DNA of 64,000 bases from positions 63,612,001 through 63,676,000 of the forward strand of contig OX597820.1 in the NCBI GenBank assembly GCA_951406725.2. The letters run 5' to 3'. This DNA comes from Octopus vulgaris (Eukaryota). The translations under genes were made by a program, and so were the position numbers. Position 1 is the first letter of the stretch, and every line of letters begins with the position of its first letter. Under the pieces are notes generated by a model. It was given only the letters and a program-made list of their open reading frames with translations, did no database searches and was not told where the DNA came from. Shown here one piece after another: positions 38,963-53,872 of this stretch.

Positions 38963-39282
<320 letters not shown>

Positions 39283-39657
39283 TAGAAAGAGAGAGAGGGA
39301 GAGAGAGATGTGTGCGTGTGTTCGAAATCAATATATTTCTCTGTATTACAGGGTTACAGTGGGTGGAGGAAATGTTGTATATTTCATGTTTGGTTTTACA
39401 TCTGTGAATATATCTAGTTGTGAATAATTCCATGTGTTGGTATGCATATCTTTGAACTGATACGCCCGCTTGCACATGCAGTTCATATGTAGCTTGAAAC
39501 TGAACATTATCAACATTCAACCGGGTTTCCTAATGAGAATTTAAATGTATTTATGTTTCTCACTTCTCATGTTTATTATTACAGATTTACACAAGCACAC
39601 ACTTTATTAAACCATACATACATTCATGCATACAAATATAAATGCATACACATACAT

Positions 39658-39752
<95 letters not shown>

Positions 39753-39925
39753 CGCACAGACAGATAGACGGAGACACACACGCATATAGATATATAGATA
39801 TATGTATAAAAATATATGCGTATACATGCATAGATATATACATATGTGAACGTATTTGCGTATGCCTGTATGCATATACGTGCGTGCATATTTGTACGTG
39901 CACGTGTGTGTGCCTGTGTGTACGT

Positions 39926-39961
<36 letters not shown>

Positions 39962-40487
39962 GTGCGTTTGCGTGGTGCGAGTGTGTATATGTATATATAT
40001 ATATATATATATATAGATATATATGTACAAACTCATGTAGTTGGCTGGGTTGTGTGTATGGGAACGATATTGAATTGCATTTAAAGGTGGAAAAGTAACT
40101 AAATCAAAACTACTATACTTCAGACGATAATTCAACATTCTATCCCCGGGCCGAAGCTACGTTTAATTCGTCGCTATTCTTCCTGTTTTCTTTTTATCTG
40201 CAAATTCGTCGCACATATGCTTATCTACTCATTATGCTCCACACAGCCATGTTACCTGCTCCATAGATAATTCGCAAGAGGAAAGTGATCGACAGGCTGT
40301 ATAGTACTCCAACATTAATATTTTGGCTATAAAGATATGGAAGCAATCATTGCTTCTCACGATAAATAACTAAGAAGCTAAAATTTTACAGAATATTTTA
40401 TCGAAGTTAAAGGTGTAATATAAACTAAATTTGTAGCGTGAACGAAATTTACAACATTCGAAATACTAATTTGAAATAATAATAATG

Positions 40488-40533
<46 letters not shown>

Positions 40534-41017
40534 TAATAATAATAATAATAATAACCATAATGATAGTAAAAATGTAAGTACATATATGATAATCATTATA
40601 GCGTGGCCAGGTGACAAAAAGAATAAGCAAAATTAACTGTGTTTTCGTATAATTGTAATAATAATAATAAGAAGAAGAAGAAGAAAACCGAAGCGAACAG
40701 CAAACTGCATGGATGTGTGACAGCAAGATGCCAGGAAGCCAGGTCGAATCTGAAAGCATCACGAAGCCGGAATTAAGAATTCGCAAAAACAATCGAAGTA
40801 AACAATGTTCTTATGTATCTTGGGAATCTGAAAGATGTTCCTGATATGGATTCTAAACATGTAAAAAATAACTTCCCTCAGATGCACCGCCACAGCAACA
40901 TGTGCGTAAAAATGTAGACACGTGGACTGTAATATTTCTGTACGAAAATTGCAAACTTTTGAGTAACATTTCAAATTATAAATTTCAATTACATATTAAA
41001 CAAGACCTCTCTCTCAC

Positions 41018-41138
<121 letters not shown>

Positions 41139-41429
41139 GCACATTGCTGTTTCTTCCCGGTCTCTTGCTTGTATATTAATACTAATTATAAATGCAAAAA
41201 ATATCAACACATGTCCATGGGCGGTGTTCCGTCGAAAGTTAAAAGCTGTAAAGACGGACCCAAAACAAAAAAGAAAATACGATGGACAGATAACCATGTA
41301 TACTATGAAATGGTTGATTTATGACCTACGCACACTACTATGCAATATAGAGGATAGACTCACTCCATAAATACCAAACAAAATGACAATGTCCATAGCA
41401 TGTGCCATATAACAGCTTAAGTGTTTTAA

Positions 41430-42605
41430 ATGAGGAAGTTCAGAAGATTTGAGATGAGTTGCAGGAAGTAACGAGTAAAGAAGCACGAAAAAGTTTGCCA
41501 GAATTAAAAGGCACCAAAAGAATGAAGCTGCTCATACATTCTGTTATCAGTAGTATAGATACTAAAAATGTAGGACACGCCCACTTATTGATCTATACAG
41601 GAAGGTATTAGTTAATAAAAGATTAGATATTCCACAAGTAATGATTAAATAAGAGCGAATGTGGAAAAGATTCCAAAATAAATTGAAAACTGTAAGACAT
41701 GATCTGAGTAGAATAGATGGCTGGAAACTGAACAAGTTAGTAAACACATGATGCAAATCTTCTCTTGAGGAAAGATACTTAGTCAAAGAGAAAGGATTTG
41801 GGACAGTCATATAAGAGAGTTGAAACAACGTATCATAGCAGTAGCAAGTAAGTTCTCCCGATATCGGGAAAGAGTAGATCAGCATCATCAGAATTGATTA
41901 TTTGAGACAGACCAGACATTTTATAACCAAAGTGGAGAACGAAGTACTGAAGATGCGAAACCTACTGTAGTGGAAGGTAGAATGTTCTGGATTAATATTT
42001 GAAATAAGCCAGACAAGCATAATGGAGGTATCGTTAAAGAAAATCTGAGAAGTAGTGAGTGAAAAGCAACCAGATTTAAGATTAACTAGTGTATTAATGA
42101 GTAAAGGGTTAGGAAATATTACCAATTGGAAGGGCTCAGGACCAAGGGTACTGGCTAAAGAAATGTACTGGTTTACGTGGGAGGCTGGGAGAACAACTTC
42201 ATGATTGCCTTAATGGAGGAATAATACCAGATTGGATGACTAGAAGGAGCACAATACGCTTATGAATGTAACCCATTAGGAGTTACAGAGAAAGCTAGGA
42301 TTCGAACATACTGATAAATGGTACAAACACGAAACTAGTAAAGTACTAGAATTATGAGATATTAAATGTTGTGGGACTTAAACATTCAGACTGACAGAGT
42401 AATAGAAGCTAGAATACCTGAGTTAGCAGTAGTAGATAAAGAGAAGAGAAAGTACCAGATTATTAACATTACTGTCCCAAATGATGACAATATGAGAGGT
42501 ATAGAAAAACAGCAAAATATCAGGATCTAGTCATTGAATTACAAAGGCTATGGAAAGTGCGGGTAAAAGGTATTTCAGTAGTTGTAGGTGCCTTGAGAAT
42601 TATAT
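41430..42605 (+). mobile_element. Decayed R4/Dong-clade LINE with the RT domain deleted
   Basis: NWKGSGP..YWLKKCTGLRGRLGEQLHDCLNGGIIPDWMTR (pre-RT) joins directly to RKLGFEHTDKWYKHE...WDLNIQTDRVIEARIPELAVVDKEKRKYQIINITVPND...KYQDLVIELQRLWKVRVKGISVVVGAL (REL endonuclease). 5' boundary approximate. Confidence 0.8.
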
Positions 42606-43646
42606 TCACACCGGTTAGTTTTACATCTCTGTGTAAAGAACTGCCATTTCTTTTGTCTTTTACCGTTTGCTTGTGTCCGTAACTGGACTGCAACCATACT
42701 AGGGTAATCCCTTGAATGGTATAGTCTAACAAATCGACTAATTCTATCTCTCTCTTACGCCGCACCTTTACGTTACAGGAATGCAAACAAACCAACCTTA
42801 TTGGTCAATCGGTGATGCGGAACAAACACAACCCCCCCCCACACACACACACACCGGGCTGGTATGCAGTTTCTGTTTATCAATTTCAGTCATGACAACT
42901 GGTCGAGCCAGATTATAGTAAGAGACCCATGCGTAAGATACCGCGCAATAAGACTAAACCCGAAACTGCTTAGAAAAAAGAGCTCCTTGATTACATACCT
43001 ATATCTGCGCCTGAATATATAATATATCTGAAAAGGAACAGGGGTGACTGCTTCGTTCATCTTAGGTCCACAGAATCAGGGCCAACAGCTGCAACAGCTA
43101 TAATAACAACAACTACGAGAAACGTTGAGTACTTAGCACGAGGGGATAAATAGTGAGATGAATAATGTTTCGCCGAAAGCCAATAGATATATAGGAAAGA
43201 CTGACCACAATAAGAATATATTCACATTGATAAACAGTAAAAATATCCCAATGTATGAAAACAAAAAAAAACATCACGGAAATACCACCTACATACACAC
43301 AACTATTGCAATAAATTATTTCGAAATGAACAAACACGAAAAACAGTTCATTAAATAACCTAATTTAAACAGAATCCATGGAAGAATCAAAAGAAATCTG
43401 GTTCGACACTAACGCAATAACTTGCCAACCAGATCAAACCTGCATAAAGAAAGAAAAATAAAAATCCACAGCAAAGATTTGATACAATGTACAGCCACAA
43501 AATCCTGTGAATTATATATATATCTATATATATATATATATATGCATATACATATACATACATACATTTATATAGATATATACATACACATATTCATATA
43601 TACACACAGAGATATATGTATATATATATTGATATTTATGATATAA

Positions 43647-43677
<31 letters not shown>

Positions 43678-43704
43678 TGTATACGTATATATGTATGTTT
43701 ATGT

Positions 43705-43772
<68 letters not shown>

Positions 43773-44174
43773 ACGTATATATATATCCCAGAATTTACAA
43801 GTAAACTATGTAAAAGAAGGGAGTAAAGAATTTTTTTAGGAAATACGATATTAAGAAAAAGAGAAAACGCTTTGAAAACGTGAGAATATCTTCCATCAGA
43901 ATCACGTATTTGAAAGAAAGTAGTGAAAAATTCAATAGTGACTTCAGTGCAAAGAAACATCGTAAAGGAAATACACCAACTCCATACAAAAATCCAATTA
44001 TACAAGGAGAGTATATCGAATGAAAATATATGGCACTGTAAAAGATGCTCAATAGAAAAGAAACAAGTGAACAGAATACATATGTGTGTATGCACATACA
44101 TATGCAAATATGTATATGTATGTATGTATCTATCTATCTATCTGTGTTTGTATGTATCCATATATGTATACATT

Positions 44175-44226
<52 letters not shown>

Positions 44227-45084
44227 CAGAGAAGGAAAGGGAGAGAGTGAGTGAGAGTAATTGAGAGAGAGCGCGAGACAGAGAGAGAGAAGATACGTGA
44301 TTCTGCATATGAAGTAGAGTATTTAGCAATACATCAAGTCCAAAGTCAAATACCATCTGTCAGGATATCGGGATAGCAGAATTGATAATGGCTTGTCCTA
44401 AAATTCTAAATACTTTATAGGTATTACATCTCAATATTGTGCACCTTACTCGCTAGAAGTAACAACCACATATACTTCAATTAACTCACAGCTTTGCTAA
44501 AACAACGAATGATATATTCAAGGAGGTAATCAAAGAATAGGCACGTGGTTTATTGGTTAACTTATATGACTCACGATCGACGTGCACTCAGTCTAATCAG
44601 CTAGCAAATACGATTCGCACGTGTAATTCGATGGGTCGGCCTTCTCCCATTCGGTGTGGTACGCTGATCATCCCTGAAAAGTATGTTAACAGTAGGTTTA
44701 TTTTACAAGCAGGCTAATCGGTCCATCGTATGAACCGGAACCTTCGTTTGGTAACTAACGGAAACCAGCCTAAGATATCTGAGAAAAATTAAAATGTTAA
44801 AACAAAATGGGATGACAGTGCCTAGAATGTATTCGACCATTAGTCACTGTCATGATGAATGCTTTGAGGTTAATCTACAAGATGAACACATGGATATATT
44901 TTTCAATGCTTTACTGTTAATAATATGCAAATTAGGCATTCGTAGGTGTGCAAAGCGTTCCTTCAATTAACATAGAAGAAAGTACAAAGGGGAGCAGAGA
45001 CGTCCCTTGCTTTAAGGGCACAGTGAAAGGCCTGACAGAAGACCCAAACTTCCGAGTACTTTTGCTGGGCCCAGAAAAAAATGA

Positions 45085-45207
45085 AGGACTGCAGCAATAA
45101 GTGTGTGAATCTGAGAGGGAAATATGTTGAATAAAATCGTAATCAAATGATTCTCCCGTATTTTCTTTCAACCAATGCCATGAATAGTTGAGCAACACTT
45201 CGTCTAC

Positions 45208-45247
<40 letters not shown>

Positions 45248-45470
45248 ATGTATGTATGTTTCTATGTATGTATGTATGTATGTATGTGTGTGTGTGTGTG
45301 TGTGTGTATGTGTGTGTACGTATGTGTGCATGTGAGTATAAAGGGCAAAAGCTCCTTTAGTCATCAATCCTCATGGTATAGCACCTAGAAAGGAAGAACC
45401 GCTGCAATAAGTGTCAATCTGAGAGGGGAATATATTATATAAAATCATAATTAACTGATCTCCTGTATGG
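45085..45470 (+). mobile_element. Two short mariner 3'-end remnants separated by microsatellite
   Basis: caataagtgtgtgaatctgagagggaaatatgttgaataaaatcgtaat (NKCVNLRGKYVE*) at about 45095, with a second copy at about 45405. Confidence 0.55.
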
Positions 45471-46180
45471 TCGCAGACAAAAGACTGAAACAAGTTAAAG
45501 AATAAAAGAAGATTACCTACATGTTCTCCTTACCCTAAATTTTGCCATTATATGTATGTATGTGTGTGTGTGTGCTATTGTGTTTGCGTGTTTGTATATA
45601 AATATGTGTGTGTGAATGTGTGTACATATGTTTGTGAAAGTGTGTCTACGCGTGTATGTGTGCGTGCACCTGCGTCTGTGTCTGTGTGTGTGTGTGCGTA
45701 TGTGTTCACGTGTTTGTATATAAACATGCGTGTGTGAATGTGTGTATATAAGTGGGTGAATGTGCGTTTACGCGTGTGTGTATGTTTGTATGTGCATGCC
45801 TGTGTCTTTGTCTGTGTGTGTGCGTTTCTGTTCGTGTGTTTGTATATAAATATGCGTGTGTGAATATGTGTATATATGTGTGTGTGAAAGTGTGTCTTCG
45901 CGTGTATATAAGTATGCGTGTGTGAATGTGTACATGTATGTGTTTTTCTACTGCGTAGGTAAAACTCACCATATTGGAGTGTACATTATTAATACTTATA
46001 TAGTAAAACTGTTACGTGAAAAATATTTCTTACGTGGAATTTTATTTTTGTATTGTTACATTTATATATATAAATACGTGATAAAAATATTTACCTCCTA
46101 CGTTAAAAGGTAAATTTTTCTTCATTTATATATACATATACCTACACACATATGTGTGTGTGTGTATGTATGTAAGTATA

Positions 46181-46260
<80 letters not shown>

Positions 46261-46473
46261 GAGATAGAAAGATAGCTGATAGATAGATACATAGATATGC
46301 AGATAGATAGATATAGATATATATACACACACATCCACTTATATATACACATCCACATATACATACATGCGTATATACACATGCGAAATGCTGTGCTAGA
46401 AAGTTCATATATGTCGTGCGTGCATGCATGTCATCTCTGTGTAAGTATGCGCATGAACGTGTGCACAGACACA

Positions 46474-46532
<59 letters not shown>

Positions 46533-47039
46533 ATATTCATACGCATAGAGATATATCTTCGTATATGTATACACGCTCAGAATGTCATTCATCCTTTCGA
46601 AACATGTACCAAACAATTTCGTGTATAGCACTGTAGAATATTTTTTAGCTGTCGTGTTGTCAGTCTCTCTCCGTATTTTGTATATAAAGTGTTTTTCCAT
46701 TCACTCTCCTCTTACATGTGTTCGTATTGCTGTACGTGGGTGCGCCAGTATTTAATGGTATGACAAGGAAAGAAGAATTATGCAAACAAACATAGATTTG
46801 ATTTTGTAATTGCTTATCATTCCATTAATTTCATATTATACTCTGTTATAACTTAACACTATATTTTAAAGCGTTTGTAATTTGCGCTCCAACAACAGGC
46901 TTTTTTACTATCACCGTGGCTAGTCATATCATATGTACAATCATAGATATTAAAAAGACGGACAGATAGATAGATATATAGATTGGTAGATAGATAAATA
47001 GGCGGACAGATAGATCGATAGATAGATCGATCGATCGAC

Positions 47040-47098
<59 letters not shown>

Positions 47099-47259
47099 CA
47101 TATAGATTAATACTGATTCATATATATATATATATAAAATGGTACTTTCAGTTTTTTTTTTTGTTCTTGAATGGCTTACAAGCAGCTTCCACCCTGCAAT
47201 TGCTTTTGCTTCACCGCACGAACTCAAACCAAGTCACTTACTATGCAAATACGTCTCCG

Positions 47260-47311
<52 letters not shown>

Positions 47312-47377
47312 ATATGTATGTAGGTATGTATGTATGTGTATGTATATGTATGTATATGTGTATATATATATGTATGT

Positions 47378-47409
<32 letters not shown>

Positions 47410-47436
47410 CCATATATATATGCATATATATGTATG

Positions 47437-47484
<48 letters not shown>

Positions 47485-47488
47485 CATG

Positions 47489-47794
47489 TGGAGGCGCAAT
47501 GGCCTAGTGGTTAGGGCAGCGGACTCGCGGTCGCAGGATCACGGTTTCTATTCCCAGAGCGGGCGATGTGAGTGTTTATTGAGCGAAAACACCTGAAAGC
47601 TCCACGAATCTCCGGCAGGGGATGGTGATCCCTGCTGTATTCTTTCACCACTCTTTCTCCCACTCTTTCTTCTGTTGGCATGCTCACTTAGCCAGCGGGG
47701 TGGCGTCATTCGAAGGCTAAAACAATGCGAACGCATTGTGACCAGCGATGTGTAACAACATCTGATGGTCTGGTCGGTCACGTGATCACGTGAT
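47489..47794 (+). mobile_element. tRNA-derived SINE (family 3, tail type a)
   Basis: ggaggcgcaatggcctagtggttagggcagcggactcgcggtcgcaggatcacggtttctattccc is a tRNA-like head with A/B boxes; it ends in the tandem cacgtgatcacgtgat. Flanked by microsatellites. Confidence 0.85.
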
Positions 47795-48444
47795 ATATAT
47801 ATATATATATATATATGCACATATATATGTATATATATGTACATATGCATATATACATATATATATATTTGTGTGTGTGGGTGTGTGCGCGTATAGAATG
47901 TTCTTCAAAATTTTACTTTCTTGGAAGTAGAGCTTTAACGGATCTACTGTGTGAGACCAAGTTAAACATTGTAATATTGTTGAGAAATACGCGGAGGGGA
48001 AATTGCGAGGGGCAGAATTCTCCTGTTCGAGCTGGATATATTGAAGATATTCCATGAAACAGTCGGTTAAACAACCGCTTGATTCAACGAAACCGGGAGG
48101 TAAAAAAAAATAAAAAAATTAAGCAATAGATGGTGATAGAGAAGCATGTAAAGAGATAAGAACTGTAGAAGGCGCTGTGGTTCGTTCTTATATTGGTAGT
48201 AAAGGTGATGAGGAATGTGGTTGTGTGATAGCAAAGACAGGAAGAAAGTAGCCAATCGAGAGCGGAAAATGTGGGAACCACTAATTTGCGTAGTTAACGA
48301 GCATGCTTGAAAAAGTCGAGGGGATGGTTAAGGAAGAAGAGACTGTGGTGGATGTGGAGAGAAATTGACGAATAGTGCATAGGAGAGGTAAATTGGGGGG
48401 ATGGAGAAAAAAGAAGAATAGGAAGACTTTGTGAATGGGCCAGA

Positions 48445-48645
48445 TGAGCGGAATGATAGCAGAAACCTTAGCACGCCGGGTGAAATGCTTAGCGATATTT
48501 CGTCTGCAGCTAGGTTTTGAGTTCAAATTCCGCCGAGGTCGACTTTGCCTTTCATACTCTTGGGGTCGATATAATCGACTTAATCCGTTTGTCTGTCCTT
48601 GTTTGCCCACCCCCACTGTGTTTAGCCCCTTGCGGGCAGTAAAGT
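48445..48645 (+). mobile_element. SINE family 2 copy with internal deletion
   Basis: gcagaaaccttagcacgccgggtgaaatgcttagcgatatttcgtctgc...gagttcaaattccgccgaggtcgactttgcc...ggggtcgatataatcgacttaatcc...tttagcccctt. Confidence 0.85.
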
Positions 48646-48773
48646 AATTAGAAATGCTGCCGATTCGGAGCGTTCTGTTTTAGGTATGGACGACGGATGA
48701 AGAGACGGAACATATATTGCGACTGGGTTTCAATGCATATCCATAAATGCATGCATACATACACACACATATA

Positions 48774-48841
<68 letters not shown>

Positions 48842-50250
48842 ATTAGTTGTATATTACATATATAAATATATAATGTGTGTGCATGTATAAGATATGGAAT
48901 TCGAGAAAACAACTAATTCATAAGAAAGATCAAGAAGTTCGAATAAGTCAATAAGTACAATTGCCGTGAGTGGTGAAGAATCTAACCGTTTCAACACGCA
49001 ATAACACCACATTTCTCTCTTGCTAACTCTTAGATTAAAGGCAAGTGCCTGAAACGCCAGAATTTCCATTGTATACACGAAGGAAAAAGAGCTCTTCTAC
49101 GGACCGATAAACACATACACACGCAAACACACACTCATACACACACATGCACATACATATGTATGTAGTATATTAATCATGTAAACTATATTTCATAGAG
49201 CAATATGCAGCCAGTCCTACCTCAATACTGAATATAGATAAATAAGAACTAGTCATACTCAACATATACTGTGTGACATTAACAATGACGTGGTTAATCG
49301 ACGCTTTCATAGTTTTTCAAATAAGATGAAAGCCAAACAGTTGTTTATCGTATAAACGAAAAAATAACTGGAAAACTTATGAATTTTGAAATAACTGGAA
49401 AAATAACTGGAAAACTTATGAATTTTGATACCGGCATGAAAACAACAACATATGAGTGAAAAACCAAGTGTAATTATCTGGTACATCTATTTCACTATAT
49501 TACTGGTACTTGGAGCAGTAATAATCAAAACTGCTACAAATCAATGCTTAAGATAATTGACCCTTTATTCCCCTATTTGTTTCCCTCATTGGAATGCGGC
49601 CTTGTTACAGCACCCACTTCAAATTTGTATTATATTAAATCGACCCGTGTTTTTATTATTGCGATATGCTTTTACTGAATCGCTAAGGTACTAGGACATA
49701 AACAAACCAACAGGATTTGTACAAACGTCAACGAGAAGCACATATATAAAGACGCTTATAAAAATAAAATGTCACTAAAATAAAAAGTTACTTGCCAAAA
49801 GTGGCGAGCATAGGGACTGAACCACAAACCACGAATCTTCAAAGGCTGACACTAAACGACCCAGCTATACCAGTCCCTTATATTATCAAATGAGTTCACT
49901 GAAGTTTTCATAAATTTGCAAAGTTCTAGCCAATGTTTTGTCGATAACCGGATATATAAATTCACTAAGAATAGCCGACATCGCGAACGTGGTTCGAAGT
50001 TGAACTTTATAAAAATAAAGAACAAACACTCTGTCTCTCTCTCTCTCTCTGTCCATCCCTCTCTCCCCTCTGTCTCTTTCTCCCCCTCTCTCGCATACGC
50101 ATACTAACACATACATGCACACACACGCATACACAGAAATATCATGAAGTATAGTATCGCCTATCATATTTAATAACAGGCTTTAATGAAGTCTGAAGAA
50201 GACGGTGTTCTATATTACTTCAGCTATGTAGATTGTAAACAAGTGTTGTA

Positions 50251-51402
50251 TTGGGTTGGCAACTAAGTTTCCGCCGTTTACTGCGTTTTTAAATTTCGGA
50301 ATCTATTGTTGTTTTTCGGGAATTCTATTCTTGAATCATTTTGGAAACTATTTTGTTTTTTTTTTCTAGCTAATTTTAGTTATTTTTTTGGTTATTTTCA
50401 ATATTTTCGATACCTACTTCTTTTTGCTTTTAATCAAGGTTCTATAACGGCAAGAGCTGCTCGCGACCTTTGTGCTATGTATGGGGAAGGTGCCATAGCT
50501 GAAAGAAGCACTCGTGATTGGTATGCCAAGTTCAGAAATGGAAATGTTGACCTCAAAGACGCACCTCGTTCTGGCCGCCCTGTTGAATTCGATTAAGAGC
50601 GATTAAACCAACTTTTGCACGAAAATTCTCGTCAAACGACAAGGGAACTGACCGATAAAATGGAATGCTCCCACACTGCTATAGAGAAGCATCTTCACTC
50701 GATGGCAAGTGTTCAGATGTATGGAGCATGTGTTCCACATGCTTTAAGTGACAACAAGAAAAATCAACGAGCCACAATCTCCGCTGGTTTGCTTGCTTGT
50801 CACCGCTCAACTCATGGACACGAGCAACGATTTCTTTACCGAATCGTTTTTGGCGACGAAAAATGATGCCTGTAAATCAATATAAAGCAGCGAAAGGAAT
50901 GCTTAGCCTCGGTAAACAAGCGACACCAAACGGTCAACGCGGAACTCTATGTTCTACAGATGGAACGACTCAACTCGGCTATTCAAGAGAAAAGACCTAA
51001 TCGTCAGCATGGAGGTCTTCTGCTGCACGACAACGCCCGCCCTCATATCGCCAATATGACCAAGGAAGACATTCAAACGCATGTCTGGAAAGTGCTGCCA
51101 CACCCGCCGTACTCTCCTGATTTGGCACCAACGGATTTCCACTTCTTTCGATCTCTTTCAAATGCTATGCGCGGAGTTTCATTTAATACTGATGCAGAAT
51201 AGAGTGCTTGGTTGGATCAACTTTTCTAGTCGAAATCGTGTGATTTCCAGCAATGAGCTATTGAAAATTTTGTTGAACGTTGGGAAGAAGTTGTAAACAA
51301 GAAGGGTGAATACATTATTTGATTAATTAGTTGATATTTTTTATTAAACCTTAAAAAAAAAAATTAATCAAAAAAACGGTGGGAACTTAGTTGCCAACCC
51401 AA
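50251..51402 (+). mobile_element. Mariner DNA transposon, defective, TA TSD
   Basis: TIRs ttgggttggcaactaagtttccgccgttt / aaacggtgggaacttagttgccaacccaa flanked by TA. Motifs WYAKFRNG..DLKDAPRSGRP, CVPHAL, FGDEK, LLHDNARPH and HPPYSPDLAPTDFHFF; stops and an internal deletion near 50930. Confidence 0.95.
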
Positions 51403-51989
51403 TATAATTTAAAGCACATAAATATTCGTATGATGTGGTTCGAAAGCGGTATCTAAACGAAACAACTGTAAAATAGATAGTCTCATATTTATTTTATATT
51501 TTACTCGCAAAAACACATACAAAATCTTTCTATCAGATATTTACCTATATTTGTTCGCCTATGGAATATTGTTTTTGCAATCTCAACATTTAATACAATT
51601 TTAATGTGTGGATAGCCGTGGAGACCCTATGGAGTGCTAGATAAGGAATATTCCAAGGTTTCCACTAAACAAATTTTCTTCATGTGTTCATGTGTGTGAG
51701 AATACTATTCTGAGAAAAAAAAAACAACATAAGTATGGATGCCGTTTCGTTTCTTTAAACCTCCTAAAGCTATGTCTCAGCACAGTCGCAGTTCAATGAC
51801 TACGAGAAGTTAAAGAATAAAAGAATATATAAAAGTATTACTTGAAATTTCATAAACTATCAGGGGTTTTTTCTCGTAAAGCTGTGCCGTTATTAAACTT
51901 TCGGCTAATTAAGGGCAAAAAAACGTCCTACTTCTTGGAATATACACACGCTATCTAAAAATTGTTTTTCATTCTTTTATTATTTCACT

Positions 51990-52340
51990 TGTTTTAGTAA
52001 AATAAATAGACTAAGGCCATGCTGGAGCACTGCCACGACACGATTTCATCGAGTGAATCGCTCCTGTCCTTGCATTTAAAAAATATACTGATAACTATAC
52101 TATCGTTCTCTTATGACGAACCGCTATGTTACATGAACGAAAACAAACCAACTCCAGTTGTCAGTCGCTTGTGGGGACTAAACACACACATACATACACA
52201 TTCACGATAAACTTCTATTAGATTGCGTCTACCAAATCATTTCACAAGACTTTAAACCGCCTGAGACTAGAGTGGTAGGCACTACAGTAATTGCCACGCA
52301 ATAGGACCGAACACAGGCCCAATGTGGTTGGAAAGCAGAC
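51990..52340 (-). mobile_element. Diverged SINE family 1 copy
   Basis: ggccatgctggagcactgcc...gaaccgctatgttac...cgtctaccaaatc...cacaagacttt...gccacgcaataggaccgaac...tgtggttggaaagc...ccacacagcc is the reverse complement of 11714-12120. Confidence 0.7.
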
Positions 52341-52889
52341 CTCTTTCCACACAGCCAGAAAATTCTGTATTTTAAATGACTTTCTTTTCCCATTCTTTCG
52401 GTACACTACCGCCTAAAATGTTGCTTATTGCCAGAGATTATTCACGATTTAAAACACTGTAATTTGATTATCTATGTATGGAAGACAGTTAATTGTTAGC
52501 GATAGCAACCAAATATCCCTCATGTATCACACGACCAACTTTACAGCAATTGAGGTTCAAAAATTATAGAGTTGTAATAATTCGGGATATTTACCGTAAA
52601 AATGCTTGATATGCTAAGTCAGAGTTGTTCTGAACTAAACAACAAAGCTTAGCGTCTATAGACGGGTCCTTCAATATTTACCAGAAATAACAGTCAGAAT
52701 CATTTTGAAGTATACCCCACTATTTCCAATCGTAACAAATGGGATCATCATGGGCGAAAATTTATATGAAATGTGTCATGTTTCGAAACTGAATTGGGGT
52801 TAAATAATATACCGAATATATAGTCACGACGTTAATAGTTATTTTTGTTGTGGCCATTTCATATCTAATACAAACAAATACACAAAAAC

Positions 52890-52974
<85 letters not shown>

Positions 52975-53872
52975 CGCACACACGCACAAACACACACACG
53001 GCATGCTTCTTTCAGTTTCCGTTTATATATAAATCCACTCAGATGCGACGAAGCTATTGTAGAAGACACTTGTCCAAGGTTCCACGCAGTGGGACTGAAG
53101 ACAGAACCAAGTGGTTGTGAAACAATCTTCTTACGCAGCTACACCTGCGCCTATATGGCAACGCCTGCGCTTATATGGCAATACCTACGCCTGACGCTAT
53201 TTGTAACCGCACATTGGCTTTTATGAATTGAAGATATTTCTCTTACGGGCGACCTTGGGCGCGTAGACACACTCTATGACATGGTGCCAACGGTAAATGT
53301 AAAAATTATTTAAAATACTTCGTAATTGGACAGTCCTATTGACACTGATCGATATTCGAAAGCGTTCAACCGTTTCCATTTCCCATTCCTTCTCTCTTTT
53401 ATTTTTTTTATTTTTGTATCCTGACACAATGAACCCAAGGAATCATTCACGTTTCCCTTTTTTATGCTTTTATTTTTTGTGAAAACCTGATTCGTGGGTA
53501 GAAGATTCAGCTACTCTTTCTAGCTGTTTGAGCGTCCACGCACAAACCTCACTGAGGTTGATTTGTGATAAGTGTAATATTAATAGTTGGATTATTAGCA
53601 ATACTTTTCTTAAAAAAAAAAAACAGAAAGAAGGAAAAACATATAGAACAAGAATTCTTTATTGTCAATTTCTATTGGCTGTGTACAGTGAAAGTCTTTG
53701 TTTGATCTAGGCCGAAGGTTAAAATATGGGTCAGAGGACAAACCAGATAACACTGATGAACGATAAATAGAAGTTAAATATATCCTAATTTAGCGCAATG
53801 TCTTTCTGATCAGTCGTCCGTTAAGTCTGCGTAAAACAATGCGTTGAAAATTGAAGTTATTTTGGTTTTTGG

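Larger units (their letters stand above)
38198..38967. mobile_element. Hammerhead-bearing 360-bp-period repeat (about 1.35 tandem units) preceded by an inverted copy; Penelope pLTR / retrozyme-like (family C)
   Basis: The segment aagggcaccgtgacgg...gtcccttatgt starts at 38483 and again at 38843 (360-bp period). 38198-38482 is a near-identical reverse complement of 38726-38967 plus the continuation seen at 38608-38657. The whole block lies between long (TA)n tracts. Confidence 0.85.

Noticed and set aside
47489-47565. tRNA gene
   Set aside because: The tRNA-like head continues into a repeat body shared with 56413-56600 and lacks a proper acceptor stem, so it is a SINE head.
49361-49428. Local duplication aaataactggaaaacttatgaattttg (similar small duplications at 35028-35082 and 53142-53192)
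   Set aside because: Ordinary slippage-type tandem duplications without further structure.
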